This document shows, in pieces, positions 16,566-24,340 of a DNA stretch of 64,000 bases; positions within the stretch are counted from its first letter, which is position 1; each line of letters starts with the position of its first letter. Location: positions 15,132-79,131 of IMG/VR virus record IMGVR_UViG_3300028800_000074; one strand, given 5' to 3'. Both the position numbers and the translations under genes were made by a program. This DNA is from a virus. Below the pieces are notes generated by a model. It searched no databases. It was not told the DNA's origin and saw nothing but the letters and a program-made list of their open reading frames with translations.

Positions 16566-16807
16566 TTCGTCCTGCCTGCTACATCTGCCTGCAAGAGCTT
16601 CCAGAGAGCTTCACCTTCACGAAGGGCGAGCCGCCGCCGCGTGACGCTTGGTACTGGACGAACGTAACGCCAGACGCCTCACCGCCTCCGTTTGGTAGTG
16701 GGCCCGTGATGCGACCGGTGCATGACCGGTGCAAGCCGCTGCCTACGCTAGTCGCCAGTGCGAGAACGGTGGCGGGGGATCGCGGGGCTCAGGGGCTGGC
16801 GGAGTAG
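16562..16807 (+). CDS. Zn-finger-like hypothetical protein
   Basis: CYIC...HDRC. Confidence 0.6.
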   Translation: MIRPACYICLQELPESFTFTKGEPPPRDAWYWTNVTPDASPPPFGSGPVMRPVHDRCKPLPTLVASARTVAGDRGAQGLAE

Positions 16808-16940
16808 CACCAATGGCCTTGCGCGCGATTGCCGTGATTTCCATGATCGCCGCTATGTCCGCCTGAACCAAGCGCGGACTGAGAAGGAGTTGCAATTCGA
16901 TTGATGCGATGCGCTGCTCTACCGCTTGGTTGTTTGTCAT
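16743..16940 (-). CDS. Small antisense-strand hypothetical protein
   Basis: GAAAGAGAGAGcccgATG start; fills a gap in the + strand gene chain. Confidence 0.45.
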   Translation of the reverse strand: MTNNQAVEQRIASIELQLLLSPRLVQADIAAIMEITAIARKAIGATPPAPEPRDPPPPFSHWRLA

Positions 16941-17043
16941 CGGGCTCTCTCTTTCGCTCAATGGCCAAAGATAATCGGACTACGTCCGAGCCGGATAGTT
17001 GTCACCCCTCGGAAACTACTCAAACGTCGCCACGGAGCTTGTG

Positions 17044-17394
17044 ATGTCTCTCAGCCCGCTCGTCGCGCTCTTGGTGTTGCTGGCCGCGTCTTCAGCTCAC
17101 GCCGAGAGCTACTGCGGGAAGCCTGAGAACGATGCGGTTCTCAAGCTCATCCCAGACGCCAAGATCGAGACGCTCACGAAGAGCCAGTTCTACTACGCGC
17201 TCGGCATCTGGAACGGACAACCTCCGATTGGGCGTGGACCGGACGACGTGGACGGCGCTGAGATCGTGACAAGCCCGGACGGCAAGAGAGCAGCGGTCTT
17301 GTTCACGCTGGGGCCGCTGTTGTGTGGAGGGATTGCTCCGGCTCCGCCTCAGGTCATCGAGATGATCCGAAAGATTGATGGAGGGGAGCTGTGA
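17044..17394 (+). CDS. Exported small protein (signal peptide, 2 Cys)
   Basis: MSLSPLVALLVLLAASSAHA|ESYC. Confidence 0.75.
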   Translation: MSLSPLVALLVLLAASSAHAESYCGKPENDAVLKLIPDAKIETLTKSQFYYALGIWNGQPPIGRGPDDVDGAEIVTSPDGKRAAVLFTLGPLLCGGIAPAPPQVIEMIRKIDGGEL

Positions 17395-17768
17395 TCCGCT
17401 GGGCCGTCGCGTTCTTGCTTCTTGCGTCGCCTGCCGTTGCGCATACGAACTGCGACGGGTCGAGCGCGAGCAAGGTCCAAGGGTGCTGCGGTCCGGAAGA
17501 CTCGCTCCATGTGAGTCCCGGCGACGTGAGCCGCGACGGCGACGTCTGGTACGTCAAGATCGATGGCGCGATGCACGCGCTGATCAACGGAGCTGGCAAC
17601 CCCATCCAGCTCATGCCGCAGGACGATCAGGGCCACGGCTCCTGCTACACGGTCTGGTACCGGCGCGAGGTCACGAAGGGCAGCAGCTCTTTCGATCCCA
17701 ACAATACGCACGGCGGAAGCGGTGATGTGTACCACTTCTACTGCTTCCAAGGACCATACACCTTTTAA
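17391..17768 (+). CDS. Exported Cys-rich small protein
   Basis: MIRWAVAFLLLASPAVA|H; GCCG...CY...YCF. Confidence 0.75.
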   Translation: MIRWAVAFLLLASPAVAHTNCDGSSASKVQGCCGPEDSLHVSPGDVSRDGDVWYVKIDGAMHALINGAGNPIQLMPQDDQGHGSCYTVWYRREVTKGSSSFDPNNTHGGSGDVYHFYCFQGPYTF

Positions 17769-17806
17769 GACCTTCTGAAGGAGAGAGCAGAAGTGGACAC
17801 ACGACA

Positions 17807-18271
17807 GTGAAGAACGACGAAGAATGGGTTTCGCTGAACCCGCCTAGGGGTGGACGAGCTCCGTCCCTGCCTCCTGACTGGATCAGGGTGTCGATGAACA
17901 TCGCTGATGCAGGGAACGAGGCCTTCATCCGCTTCGGTGGAAGGTGGGCCGCGTGGGCGCTCAAGGCGAAGAGCATCGCCGTCATGCTCGGCGGCACGAA
18001 GCTCAACAAGCTCAAGCTCACGCCAGATGAGAACGGTTTCCGCGTAAGCAAGGGCAACCCGAAGAGCGTCACGGCGGTTGTCCGGCTACGCCACGTAGGC
18101 CAGTGGCCACGCGAAGAGCGTCCGCTCACCTTCGCCGAGGTCAAGGTGCTCGACGACGGTTCGCTCATCATCTTCCTCCCCGAGACGTTCGGGCAGAAGA
18201 AGATCGTCGCCGCGATGGCGGGTCGCCCGGCAATCCCGGCCGGAGCCATGGGCGGTGGAAACAGGCGGTGA
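17807..18271 (+). CDS. Hypothetical protein
   Basis: Phage-like codon use; upstream purine-rich RBS. Confidence 0.65.
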   Translation: MKNDEEWVSLNPPRGGRAPSLPPDWIRVSMNIADAGNEAFIRFGGRWAAWALKAKSIAVMLGGTKLNKLKLTPDENGFRVSKGNPKSVTAVVRLRHVGQWPREERPLTFAEVKVLDDGSLIIFLPETFGQKKIVAAMAGRPAIPAGAMGGGNRR

Positions 18272-18474
18272 GCCTAGCTGACCGCTATATCGGCGAGGAC
18301 GGAGGTCCGCCTACCGGCAAGCCGAAGAAGCGGTTGCCGAAGTCCGATATTGACAACCTGATCAACAAGGTCTTTCGAGGCTTCAACATCGGGGCGTCCA
18401 TCTCGGATCGATTCGAGGCGCACGACGCGATGGCGAAGCTAGCCAAGGTCTTGAGAAACGAACATGTCGCCTGA
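18268..18474 (+). CDS. Hypothetical protein
   Basis: GTGA overlap start. Confidence 0.6.
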   Translation: MSLADRYIGEDGGPPTGKPKKRLPKSDIDNLINKVFRGFNIGASISDRFEAHDAMAKLAKVLRNEHVA

Positions 18475-18751
18475 GCACACACCGGCTCGACCCTCGAAGT
18501 GCTGCCCCGCTCTATCCCGTCGCCTCATGGGCGCGGTCGGGTTTCATGCCTACCCCATGATGAACGCCTACGCCGGATGGTTCGAGCCGATCTCTGGGCG
18601 GATCAACGTCGAGTGGCTCTCGCCGGAAGAGGTTAAGGTCCGGCACGATAAGCTCGTAGCAGAGGGTCAGAAGCGGACCTTCCAGATGGTCAACGGCATC
18701 GTCGTGGAGGCCAACGTCGACGATCTCAATGCAATCTCGGAGCGCGTGTGA
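18464..18751 (+). CDS. Hypothetical protein
   Basis: Overlap-coupled. Confidence 0.55.
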   Translation: MSPEHTPARPSKCCPALSRRLMGAVGFHAYPMMNAYAGWFEPISGRINVEWLSPEEVKVRHDKLVAEGQKRTFQMVNGIVVEANVDDLNAISERV

Positions 18752-18969
18752 TGGCTGACCCCGTGGTGACCCTCGTGCAGGGCGACAAGGTCTCCGACAA
18801 AGAGCGCGCCGAGTGGCACAAGCAGAACATCGCCAAGGCGGCAGAGACGCTCTTCGCCGCCATGGACCTCGCGGTCAGCGAGGACTTCGTCATCAACTTC
18901 CAGCCCACCATAAACATAGCGATCAAAAAGCACATGATCGCGGTGCTGGGCGTCGGGAGGATGTGGTGA
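18748..18969 (+). CDS. Hypothetical protein
   Basis: Overlap-coupled. Confidence 0.6.
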   Translation: MMADPVVTLVQGDKVSDKERAEWHKQNIAKAAETLFAAMDLAVSEDFVINFQPTINIAIKKHMIAVLGVGRMW

Positions 18970-19265
18970 CGGCGATTGGCGGATGGGACATCGTCCACGA
19001 GTGCGATGACGGCTATCACGTCGTCTGGCTCCTGAGCAACGACAAGGGCGAAGAGCTGGCGCACGCCGAGGGCTTCCGGCGCGGGGAGAACGGCGGGTAC
19101 GTCTGGTACCCCTACGCGATGGACCCGAGCGACCCCGAGCATCTGATCCGTCTCGGTCCGTCGGCGCACAGCGACATCGAACTCGTGAAGAAACAGTGCG
19201 AGGCAGTCATCGAGGGGTCCAAGAGCCCTTACGCGGACAGCGTCGCCTACGTGATCGGAGGTTGA
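18966..19265 (+). CDS. Hypothetical protein
   Basis: GTGA overlap, GGGAGG RBS. Confidence 0.6.
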   Translation: MTAIGGWDIVHECDDGYHVVWLLSNDKGEELAHAEGFRRGENGGYVWYPYAMDPSDPEHLIRLGPSAHSDIELVKKQCEAVIEGSKSPYADSVAYVIGG

Positions 19266-19268
19266 GGC

Positions 19269-19976
19269 GTGGGCAGCAACGGCAAACTCGGCATGGACGC
19301 TTGGAAGAAGGCGTTCGCGAAGGACTGCTGGATGAAGGGCGCGAAGGACGACAACGAGTCCATGGCGGCCGAGCAGGACGACAGCGGCGGCATGACCGGC
19401 GACGTCCCCGGCTTCGAGACCTCGCATGTGCCAACCTTCAGCCCCGAGGACTTCGAGCGCTTGGGCGCACGGAAGGCCAAGGGCAACGACGACGCCTATC
19501 GCGGATGGACGCCCGGTGGCGGTGCGCCACAGCCGATCACGACCAGATCAACTCCGGCAGCGCCTAAGCGCCCGGAGTACCGTGGGTGGACCCCGGGTGG
19601 TGGCGCACCGATGTCGAAGGACGGCATCGTGAGCGGCATCAAGAGCGCGGCGAAGTCGGCGTTCGCGGCAGCGAGGAAGCCTTACCCGTCGTCAACTCCG
19701 GGCGACCCGTTTCACCTTCCGAGCGCGACGCCGAAGAACGGCTTCTCGATGCGGAACGGTCGCGGCGCTCATGACTCGCCGACCGACAAGACGCCCGATC
19801 AACCGTCCGGCTTCGACAAGGGCGGCATGGTGCGCGGCATGGATTACCTGAAGAAGGGCCAGAGGCGTCTCGGCAAGGCTGGCGCGATGGACGTCATCCT
19901 GAAGACGAAGCGCCCCAGTAGTGGCGTCAGCACTTCGCTCCGGCACGAAGTAGAGGACTTGCAGGACTCGGTGTGA
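19269..19976 (+). CDS. Low-complexity protein with many [AGS]-x-D sites (putative internal head peptide precursor)
   Basis: GMD, AKD, AKD, GND, SKD, AHD, GFD, GMD, AMD; duplicated YRGWTPGGGAP; GGAGG RBS. Confidence 0.7.
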   Translation: MGSNGKLGMDAWKKAFAKDCWMKGAKDDNESMAAEQDDSGGMTGDVPGFETSHVPTFSPEDFERLGARKAKGNDDAYRGWTPGGGAPQPITTRSTPAAPKRPEYRGWTPGGGAPMSKDGIVSGIKSAAKSAFAAARKPYPSSTPGDPFHLPSATPKNGFSMRNGRGAHDSPTDKTPDQPSGFDKGGMVRGMDYLKKGQRRLGKAGAMDVILKTKRPSSGVSTSLRHEVEDLQDSV

Positions 19977-19998
19977 GTCCTGAAGCGAGGAGAGAGAG

Positions 19999-20238
19999 AT
20001 GCTGAATCACATCGAAGTCAACGACCGCCTTACCCGCCTTGAGCGCTTCGTCGCCGAGATCGGCTCGCACATCTCGTCGGACAGTATTTCGCCAGAGCTG
20101 GAGCAGTTCGTCGCGGCCGATCAGGCGAGGATCGACAAGGAGCGTGAAGAGCAGTCGGCGAATGAGCCCGGCGAGGCCCACGACGGCGGCCCGATGCCGC
20201 CCGAGGGCGACGGCACCGACCCTGACGCGCCTCGTTGA
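19999..20238 (+). CDS. Acidic small protein with SSD/AAD/AHD sites
   Basis: GAGGAGAGAGAG RBS. Confidence 0.7.
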   Translation: MLNHIEVNDRLTRLERFVAEIGSHISSDSISPELEQFVAADQARIDKEREEQSANEPGEAHDGGPMPPEGDGTDPDAPR

Positions 20239-20390
20239 CGATCAGGCACGTCTGCGCCTTCTGTTCGACGAATAACGCGATGCAGATGGGCTCGACCGCG
20301 ACCAAGAACGGGCGGACCGGCGTCGTGAAGTGGTGGAACTTGCTCCACTGCATCAAGTGCCGCCGCTCGTATCGGATCGGTCGAACATGA
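20235..20390 (+). CDS. Small Zn-ribbon protein, 51 aa (not in ORF track)
   Basis: TTG start overlapping upstream stop; CAFC...CIKC; ATGA overlap downstream. Confidence 0.65.
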   Translation: MTIRHVCAFCSTNNAMQMGSTATKNGRTGVVKWWNLLHCIKCRRSYRIGRT

Positions 20391-20551
20391 ACTGGGCGCT
20401 CGCTCACTTGCGCCATAAGATGCGCGTCAAGGGCTATGGCCTCGTTCGAGACCGGCGCAGATGGCGGAACGAGCGCAATCACTGGCGCGTGCGGCGACAG
20501 ATGATGTCGCTCTTCGAGGCGGCGGGATTTTTCGAGGCCGAGAGCCAATGA
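20387..20551 (+). CDS. Small Arg-rich protein
   Basis: ATGA overlaps at both ends. Confidence 0.55.
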   Translation: MNWALAHLRHKMRVKGYGLVRDRRRWRNERNHWRVRRQMMSLFEAAGFFEAESQ

Positions 20552-20790
20552 GCTTCAATGTTCAAGGATGGTCGAAGTGCTTCTCGCATGATTGCTGGAA
20601 GCCGAAGACTGCCGCGAAGGACGATTGGGGCGACTATCATCGGGTCGGTGGGATGAACTTCCCGACCGCGAAGACGGCCGAGCGCATCGATCACGCTGGT
20701 CTCAATAAGGAGACGCGCACTCCCGGGAACATGCGCGAAGACGAAGGTCTCGGCCAGTCCATCAGGGACGACCGGGACATGAGCTGGTAA
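20548..20790 (+). CDS. Small protein sharing the N-terminal motif of the 19269 gene
   Basis: WSKCFSHDCWKPKTAAKDD versus WKKAFAKDCWMKGAKDD. Confidence 0.65.
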   Translation: MSFNVQGWSKCFSHDCWKPKTAAKDDWGDYHRVGGMNFPTAKTAERIDHAGLNKETRTPGNMREDEGLGQSIRDDRDMSW

Positions 20791-20809
20791 CCGCAGCTCT
20801 CCCTTTCAG

Positions 20810-23266
20810 ATGCGTCGACCTGTCGGGTTCGCCCGAGCGCTTGCGCTCGACGACTTCAATGCGGCTGAGCCTCGCGCCAACAATGGCCAGTGGGCAGCGG
20901 CTCCGGGCGGGGGCTTCACGCTCAGGCCAGACGCGGCCAGTGCCGCTACCCGTTACAGAAGGGCAACGGAGCGAGCGCAGTCTGCTCTGCCTGACGACGA
21001 CGAATATCAGCGTCTTCTGGAGCAGGGGCGGAAGCTCGAAGGCCTGAAGGCCGCCGTCCGCGATCCCCTGACCGGGAAGATCATGACCGGGCGTGATCAC
21101 AACGCGGCGTTCTACTCGCACGATAAGGATGCGCAGGCGCGCATCAAGGCGACACTGACGCCCGGACGAGACCCGGTGACGAACGTCGCGACCAATAGGT
21201 GGAACTACGAAGGGCCAAACGTCGGCTTTACTCGTGGTGGATCATTTTTCTCGCGTCAGCAGGTCGAGGACATGCTTAAGGCGCGCGATGATCAGGATTT
21301 ATCCGAAGCGCTTCACGGTGCCTCCTACGAGGATGTGCGCTCGAAGCGCAGTTCAATCGCCAGCACCATCGCCCGCTTCCATAATCGTGAGGGCGGAGAA
21401 CCCATGTTCGGTGGAGATCGAAGGAAAGTGTTCGCGCACGACGCAATCGATGCAGAGATGGCGTTCGATGAAGCCCAGACCACGCGATCTTATGATCCGT
21501 TCGGTCGGCTCAACCTCGACCTGACGCCGATCTCGAAGGCGACCGTCAATCCATATCAGGGGAAGGAAATCCCCGACTGGCAGAAGCTCAAGCTTGACCC
21601 CGAAAAGGTCTACATGCTGCTTCGCCATCCCGACGAACTGAAGCGCGCAGCCGCGAGCTTCAACAATGTGCCGCTGCTCTATCGTCACAAGCCGACGAGC
21701 GCCGAGAACCATCCACGCGATCTCGTTGTGGGGACGACCGGCGAGCGCGCAGTTTATCAGCACCCCTACCTCTACAACTCGATGTCCGTCTGGGACGACA
21801 ACGACGGCATCGAGGGCATCGAGAACAACAAGGCTCGCGCTCTCTCGTGTGGCTACGCCTATGACCCGGACATGAGGCCGGGCGTCTACGAGGGGCAGCG
21901 TTACGACGGCGTGATGCGCAACATCAGGGGCAATCACGTCATCCTCACAAAGGAAGGCCGCGCCGGGCCGGACATCATCGTTGGCGACTCAATGGAGAAC
22001 CTCAACATGGCAACTGCACCGAAGCTTTCTCCGGTGGCATTGGTCGCTCGAAGGGCGGTCAGGCAGCACCTTACGCCGCTCATGGCGGCCGACGCGGCGA
22101 TTGACATCACGCCCGCCTTCGTCGGCCTCAAGCAGCTCGACGAGCGATCCCAGCAGATCGTTCACGCGCGGGTCGGCCAGCTCGTGCGCGGCAAGCTCAA
22201 CGCGGCGCTGGCGATGGACGATGTGAGCGCCGGGCTCCGTGCGCTGCTCGAAGCGCTTGGCGGAGGCGGCGAGCCCGACATGGGCGGCGGCGTCGACGAC
22301 GTCTCCCCTCCCGGGACCGAGGCCGAGGGCATGCCCGAGACCGACCTCGCGACCGGCGCAGAGCCGGACACGATGCAGCTCGAAACCGACGCCGCTCCCC
22401 CGGAGGATACCTCTGGCGGCAACGACCCGCCTCCGATGCAGGGCGCTGGCGGCGATCCGGCTGCGATGGAGCAGGCGGGTCCGGCACCGCAGGGCGGCGA
22501 AGGCGCGGCAGGACCGATTGAGAAGGTCCGCAGCTACCTCATGACCGTCCTGAACCCCGCCGAGATGCAGCATCTCGAACTCCTCATCTCCGAAGTCGAC
22601 AGCGGCGACGGAGGGGAGCCGGACCCGACCATGCAGGCGGGAGGCTCAGAGAAGCCCGGTGGCGGCCATCCGCCGATGGCCGGTGCTGGTGGACCTCCCG
22701 GCCCCGACAAGGGCGCTGGCGGGCCTCCTATGGCCGCTGGCGGCCCTCCCAAGCCTCCCGGCGCTGGCGGACCTCCGCCGAAGCCCGGCGCGGGTGGGCC
22801 TCCCGATCCCAAGAAGCAAACCGGGGATAACCCCCCTCGAACCGCAGGAACGCCGCAGGTCGGCGGAAAGGACAGAAACATGGCAGGTGATCAGGCCTTC
22901 GTCAGCCGGGCCGACCTTCAGGCTGCGCTCGCGGCGAACGACAAGCTCCATCGTGAGCGTGCGGAAGCCCGGGCTTTCATCCGACCGTTTGTCGGGGAAC
23001 TCACCGGGCTCGCGATGGACGCGGCTCCGAACGACGTCATCAAGGCCGCGCTCAAGATCAAGGGCATGTCCGACGCCGACCTGAAGCCAATTCAGGACAC
23101 GGCCGCGCTCAAGCTCCTGCTCGGCGCTCAGTCGAAGGCCGAAGCGTCGCGTGAGAGAGCGCCCCGCATGGCGCTCGATTCGAAGGCGACGTCGAAGGAC
23201 GAGCCCTTCAGCATCGAGGCCGTCACCGGTCTCAAGAACTTCGGAAGGATCGGACGCGCGGCCTAA
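20810..23266 (+). CDS. Prohead protease (DUF2213 type)/scaffold with N-terminal tagged cargo domain
   Basis: TPISKATVNPYxGxEIP, LSCGYxY, YDGVMRNIRGNHV, GRAG; Gly/Pro-rich scaffold; N-terminal LALD|DFNAAEPRANNGQW. Confidence 0.88.
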   Translation: MRRPVGFARALALDDFNAAEPRANNGQWAAAPGGGFTLRPDAASAATRYRRATERAQSALPDDDEYQRLLEQGRKLEGLKAAVRDPLTGKIMTGRDHNAAFYSHDKDAQARIKATLTPGRDPVTNVATNRWNYEGPNVGFTRGGSFFSRQQVEDMLKARDDQDLSEALHGASYEDVRSKRSSIASTIARFHNREGGEPMFGGDRRKVFAHDAIDAEMAFDEAQTTRSYDPFGRLNLDLTPISKATVNPYQGKEIPDWQKLKLDPEKVYMLLRHPDELKRAAASFNNVPLLYRHKPTSAENHPRDLVVGTTGERAVYQHPYLYNSMSVWDDNDGIEGIENNKARALSCGYAYDPDMRPGVYEGQRYDGVMRNIRGNHVILTKEGRAGPDIIVGDSMENLNMATAPKLSPVALVARRAVRQHLTPLMAADAAIDITPAFVGLKQLDERSQQIVHARVGQLVRGKLNAALAMDDVSAGLRALLEALGGGGEPDMGGGVDDVSPPGTEAEGMPETDLATGAEPDTMQLETDAAPPEDTSGGNDPPPMQGAGGDPAAMEQAGPAPQGGEGAAGPIEKVRSYLMTVLNPAEMQHLELLISEVDSGDGGEPDPTMQAGGSEKPGGGHPPMAGAGGPPGPDKGAGGPPMAAGGPPKPPGAGGPPPKPGAGGPPDPKKQTGDNPPRTAGTPQVGGKDRNMAGDQAFVSRADLQAALAANDKLHRERAEARAFIRPFVGELTGLAMDAAPNDVIKAALKIKGMSDADLKPIQDTAALKLLLGAQSKAEASRERAPRMALDSKATSKDEPFSIEAVTGLKNFGRIGRAA

Positions 23267-23315
23267 GCGCGTCCATTTCGTCCGCCCCTCAAACTCAGCA
23301 TAGAGGAGAGACCCG

Positions 23316-24284
23316 ATGTCGGGCTTCCAGACCCAAGTCAATATCCAGCCCGCACTGGGTGTCGCGGGCGACTTTTGCAGCGCCAACACCCACAACACCT
23401 TCCAGTCCGGCGCAGGCGGCCTCGTCGCGGGCCCGGCTGGCGTGACCGTCGCCGCGTTCGCGTGGGTGACCTATCAGACGACGGATGACGCCTACGCTCC
23501 GGGCACGGTCAACAGCTTCGGCTTTGGACCACCGAGCGGCTTCATCCATCGCGAGATGCAGTCGCTGAACACCGTCTATCCGCCTTACGTCACCCCGGCT
23601 GGCGACAACACGATCCCGTCTGGCTTCCAGATCGGCTCGCTGTTCCGCTCCGGCGACTTCTTCATGACGAACAACGGGACCACGCAGGCGCAGCCGGGCC
23701 AGACGGCCTATGCGTTCCTCGCGACCGGCCTCGTCCGCTTCGGCTCGGCGAACACCACGACGTCGTCGACGACCTCGACCGTCTCGGCGCAGACCTTCAG
23801 CGTCACCGCGACGCTGAACAACAACATCATGACCGTCTCGAACGTCAGCTCGGGCTCGATCTACGCGGGCGCGACCATCTCGGGTTCGGGCGTGATCGGG
23901 TGCCAGATCGTCGGTCAGGTGACCCCGCTACTCGCGGGCGAGACCCTCGCTGGCGTCGGCCGCTACTACGTCAGCGCGGCCGAGCAGAACGTCGCCGTCG
24001 GCGTCACCGTCTCGGGCACCTACGGGTTGCTCACGCTCGGCGGCGCTCCAGCCACGCCGATCCCGATTGGCGCGTTCGTGAGCGGCGGCACCGTCGGCAA
24101 CCCCTGCTATGTCCGGCAGCTCATCTCGGGCACGGGCGGCGCGGGCTCGACCTACTCGGTCGACAACAACACCGTCTCTTCGTCGGCCACGCTCACCTTC
24201 ACGCTCGACGTGGCGACGAGCTGGGTTGCGGACTCGGCGGGAGCGCCCGGCGAAGTCGTCAAGACCCGCTGCCTGATCCCGTAA
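23316..24284 (+). CDS. Head decoration/cement protein with inserted beta modules
   Basis: MSGFQTQVNIQPALGVAGDF, GFIHRE, GDFF; directly before the capsid gene. Confidence 0.85.
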   Translation: MSGFQTQVNIQPALGVAGDFCSANTHNTFQSGAGGLVAGPAGVTVAAFAWVTYQTTDDAYAPGTVNSFGFGPPSGFIHREMQSLNTVYPPYVTPAGDNTIPSGFQIGSLFRSGDFFMTNNGTTQAQPGQTAYAFLATGLVRFGSANTTTSSTTSTVSAQTFSVTATLNNNIMTVSNVSSGSIYAGATISGSGVIGCQIVGQVTPLLAGETLAGVGRYYVSAAEQNVAVGVTVSGTYGLLTLGGAPATPIPIGAFVSGGTVGNPCYVRQLISGTGGAGSTYSVDNNTVSSSATLTFTLDVATSWVADSAGAPGEVVKTRCLIP

Positions 24285-24340
24285 GGCGGCTGACACAACC
24301 ATAAAGCCCAAGCGGCTAACCTCTGTAGGAGAACCCTCAC

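Noticed and set aside
22620-22820. Gly/Pro repeats as a collagen-like fibre
   Set aside because: No sustained Gly-X-Y register; fits a disordered scaffold linker
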